From the NCBI GenBank assembly GCA_046314355.1, contig JBKBWQ010000001.1:1536001-1600000 (forward strand): 64,000 nt of DNA, given 5' to 3'. The notes below the pieces were generated by a model, which worked only from the letters and a program-made list of their open reading frames with translations, made no database searches and was not told the DNA's origin. This DNA comes from Candidatus Altimarinota bacterium (GTDB taxonomy: Bacteria; Patescibacteriota; Gracilibacteria; 1-14-2-50-48-13). Made by a program: the position numbers and the translations under genes. Of the stretch, positions 61,492 to 64,000 are shown in pieces (within the stretch, counting starts at the first letter, position 1; every line of letters begins with the position of its first letter).

Positions 61492-62253
61492 ATGAAACTC
61501 ATCTCTTGGAACGTAAATGGTATCCGCGCAGCTTCTAAAAAAGGCTTCTTTGAATTTTTGGATAAGGAAAATCCTGATATTCTTTTTCTGCAGGAGACAA
61601 AAGCTCAAGAGGATCAGCTCGATGAGGTGCTTACGAAGCATGCAGTCTACAAGACCTATTGGCACTCTGCTGTGAAGAAGGGGTACAGTAGTGTGGCATT
61701 ATTTACAAAGGAAGAGCCGATCTCGGTACAAAAGGGAATCGGAATAGAGAAGTTTGATAGCGAAGGGCGAGTGATCCGTGCTGAGTATTCTAAGTTTGTT
61801 GTCTATGGTATTTATTTCCCAAATGGAGGAAGACCTGACCGGTTGCCTTACAAATATGAGTTCTATGATACTCTTCTAGATCATTTTATAGCTGATAAAA
61901 AAGCAGGAAAAAATGTCTTTATCTGTGGGGACTTCAATGTAGCTCATCAGGAGATAGATCTCGCACGTCCAAAGGAGAATGTTAAAACCTCAGGATTCCT
62001 TCCTGAAGAGCGTGCTTGGTTTACAAAACTTCTTGATAGCAGATTTGTGGATACGTTTAGAAAGCTCAATCCTGATTTGCTAGAGAAATATAGCTATTGG
62101 GATCAAAGATTTAGAGCACGAGAGCGTAATACAGGATGGAGGATCGATTATTTTGTCGCTTCAGAGGAGGCTATGCCGATGGTGAAGAGAGCATGGATTA
62201 TGGATGATGTGCTTGGATCCGATCATTGTCCGGTGGGGATTGAGGTGGAGTAA
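61492..62253 (+). CDS. xth: Exodeoxyribonuclease III (AP endonuclease)
   Basis: SWNVNGIRA, LQETK, EGR, YFPNG, CGDFNVAH, GWRIDYF, SDHCP motifs. Confidence 0.97.
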   Translation: MKLISWNVNGIRAASKKGFFEFLDKENPDILFLQETKAQEDQLDEVLTKHAVYKTYWHSAVKKGYSSVALFTKEEPISVQKGIGIEKFDSEGRVIRAEYSKFVVYGIYFPNGGRPDRLPYKYEFYDTLLDHFIADKKAGKNVFICGDFNVAHQEIDLARPKENVKTSGFLPEERAWFTKLLDSRFVDTFRKLNPDLLEKYSYWDQRFRARERNTGWRIDYFVASEEAMPMVKRAWIMDDVLGSDHCPVGIEVE

Positions 62254-62296
62254 TCAGAATATATAGTAGTAATTTATTTTGAAATGATAATTAAAA

Positions 62297-62327
62297 AAAT
62301 AGCTTCACTTATGTAGTGAAGCTATTT
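62297..62327. terminator. Bidirectional intrinsic terminator
   Basis: AAATAGCTTCACT-TATGT-AGTGAAGCTATTT between convergent genes. Confidence 0.85.
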
Positions 62328-62336
62328 AGTAATTTT

Positions 62337-62945
62337 CTATTTGTTTAAAGACTCTGTTCCTAGTGCCAATCTTAGTATGTACTCTTTATCATCTCTGATG
62401 AGTATAGCTGCTCTTTTGTAGGATTCACCTATATACATCTCAGCACTACCACATTGCACTTTGAAATGTTGAGTAAAGAACACTGCATTCTTATCTCCAT
62501 CAATAACTTCTTCAGGTCTGTCATCAACTACTCTTACCCACTTTTCAAGTCCATCAAATGTCATATTCTTTTTGTGACTTAAAAGGAATTTTTCTTCATT
62601 CTTCACTAATCCTATAAAATCAGGCGAGAAAAATATATTCCATAAAGTCTCTTGAGGCTTCCATTGATAATCAAGTGGAAGTGTTGGTTCCGATGTAATA
62701 ATAGTTGCTTGATCACTCTTTGTGTACGTCGGTATAATTCCAACTATTCCTTCTCCCTTATCCGTTTCTGCTAAGAAAAGAATATAGGTGTAGCCTGGGT
62801 CAGTTTCGATTAAAAGCTGCGCACTAATCTTTATTTTTAAGATAATGTCAGAACATTTAAGCGTAGTAGAGAAATTTGAATTATTTTTGAATCCTGTCAA
62901 ATCTCCTAAGATACCTGTTGTTTCTTTTAATTTTAATTGAGACAT
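62337..62945 (-). CDS. Hypothetical protein, member of a tandem paralog array
   Basis: SD GGAGG; TTGACA-N16-TAGTAT; aligns by eye with 63063-63596. Confidence 0.75.
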   Translation of the reverse strand: MSQLKLKETTGILGDLTGFKNNSNFSTTLKCSDIILKIKISAQLLIETDPGYTYILFLAETDKGEGIVGIIPTYTKSDQATIITSEPTLPLDYQWKPQETLWNIFFSPDFIGLVKNEEKFLLSHKKNMTFDGLEKWVRVVDDRPEEVIDGDKNAVFFTQHFKVQCGSAEMYIGESYKRAAILIRDDKEYILRLALGTESLNK

Positions 62946-63013
62946 TTTATTCCTCCTTTGGGAATTAATAATTTTTGTTTATGCGCATACTAGTATGAAG
63001 AAATATTTTGTCA

Positions 63014-63051
63014 AAAATAAAGGGCACCCGCTTTATTATAAAGTGATGCCC
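63014..63051 (-). terminator. Intrinsic terminator
   Basis: Minus strand GGGCATC...GGTGCCC-TTTATTTTT. Confidence 0.75.
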
Positions 63052-63062
63052 AGATTAATTTT

Positions 63063-63596
63063 TTATTTATTGTAGAGTGAATTGTGCTTAGCAATGTAGC
63101 ACTGAACTACTACACCTTCTTCTTTTATAATTATCATTGGAACTCTTTGAGCTGTTCCAACAAGGATTTCTTTACTATCCAACTCCAGTATAGCTTCCTG
63201 AGTAAAAGGAAACTCTCTTAACTTCTCCTCAATGGAGACAGATGGATCTTCTATAGATTCAAATGCTTCCCAAAAAGTAGTTTCTTTATCCCATTTATAC
63301 CCAGGAGGTATAATTTCTTCCTGCATGATAACATTTGTATAAGGGGTCTTTTCTCCGTCATCATACGCTGGTGCCAAGCCAAGAATAATTTTTCTGTCAG
63401 CTGTTCTTCCTGTGAATAATATCCAAGGTTGAGATTCTTTTTTCTGTTCTTCCATAATGTATATCTGAATACTCGAAAGTATCGTGAATACTCCATACAC
63501 ATTTCCCGGAAACCAGATCTTGATTTCTTTGCCCTGAGCCTGTACTACGTCAGACCCTAAAACATCACAAATAGTTTCTTTCAATCCTTCTAACAT
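63063..63596 (-). CDS. Hypothetical protein, member of a tandem paralog array
   Basis: SD AAGGAG; TTGACA-N16-TATATT; shares LKET, ILF..T....I.G..P.Y and P..Y.W....T.W..F motifs with its neighbour. Confidence 0.75.
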   Translation of the reverse strand: MLEGLKETICDVLGSDVVQAQGKEIKIWFPGNVYGVFTILSSIQIYIMEEQKKESQPWILFTGRTADRKIILGLAPAYDDGEKTPYTNVIMQEEIIPPGYKWDKETTFWEAFESIEDPSVSIEEKLREFPFTQEAILELDSKEILVGTAQRVPMIIIKEEGVVVQCYIAKHNSLYNK

Positions 63597-63678
63597 TTTA
63601 CACTCCTTAAAGTTTTCTAATTTTTATTTGAGCAAAATATAATATAAAAAATATATTTGTCAATTTTTGTTAAAGCAT

Positions 63679-63712
63679 AAAAAAAGCACCTGATTCGTAT
63701 GAATAGGTGCTT
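63679..63712 (-). terminator. Intrinsic terminator
   Basis: Minus strand AAGCACCT-N13-AGGTGCTT-TTTTT. Confidence 0.8.
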
Positions 63713-63725
63713 AGGGTTATTTTAT

Positions 63726-63998
63726 TTAGTACTGATCTTCTCCGAGTGGAAGCCAAACTGTATTACTTTCGATAATGATTGGCATTTCCACGTTATAGTT
63801 CCTCTTTTCAAATCCAACTACGATATTAAACTCTTCTATCACGAATTGTGGTACAAATTCATGAATTTTTCCTTTTACTTCAATTTTTGAAGATTGACCT
63901 ACTGTAAAATTCATATTCTGTGTAGATTGAATGGCTTCAAATCCTTCTTTCAAAAATTCTTCTTTTCCTTCCTTTTGGTCTTTACCGAGATACGACAT
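63726..63998 (-). CDS. C-terminal part of a hypothetical protein (probably starts beyond the window), likely third paralog
   Basis: Open to the window edge; EFVPQFVIEEFNIVVG...MPIII...LPLG resembles the C-termini of the two neighbours. Confidence 0.55.
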   Translation of the reverse strand: MSYLGKDQKEGKEEFLKEGFEAIQSTQNMNFTVGQSSKIEVKGKIHEFVPQFVIEEFNIVVGFEKRNYNVEMPIIIESNTVWLPLGEDQY

Positions 63999-64000
63999 GT

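Noticed and set aside
62946-63725. Integron attC sites between the paralogs
   Set aside because: No paired RYYYAAC...GTTRRRY ends and no integrase; the hairpins have U-tracts and fit terminators.

Overview
AT-rich bacterial chromosomal segment with no rRNA, CRISPR array, integrase, transposase or reverse transcriptase. The gene content suggests a CPR/Patescibacteria genome, possibly Peregrinibacteria/Gracilibacteria-related (inference only). About 57% of the window is four cell-surface genes: an IPT/TIG-S8 subtilase-SLH protein, a two-gene operon (800-aa cohesin-like/repeat/SLH protein plus a 4347-aa Ig-repeat adhesin ending in a dockerin-like motif), and a 5999-aa Cys-rich propeller/FN3-like/LamG/SLH protein. 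The rest is housekeeping genes (grxD, EVE, serC-like, rhodanese, rsmF-like, dsbB, FkbM, NUDIX x2, LOG, APH, His-phosphatase, SufS-like plus DsbA-like, uvrA, xth), tRNA-His(GTG), tRNA-Gly(TCC) and orphans. Main leads: (1) a putative cohesin-dockerin anchoring system for a giant adhesin; (2) TGA is used neither as stop nor as sense in any of the 34 credible genes; (3) candidate structured RNAs flanking an orphan membrane gene, one with a terminator/antiterminator switch upstream of xth; (4) a tandem array of divergent paralogs with similar promoter/terminator units; (5) a gene split by one in-frame TAA. All domain calls are by eye; no searches were run.
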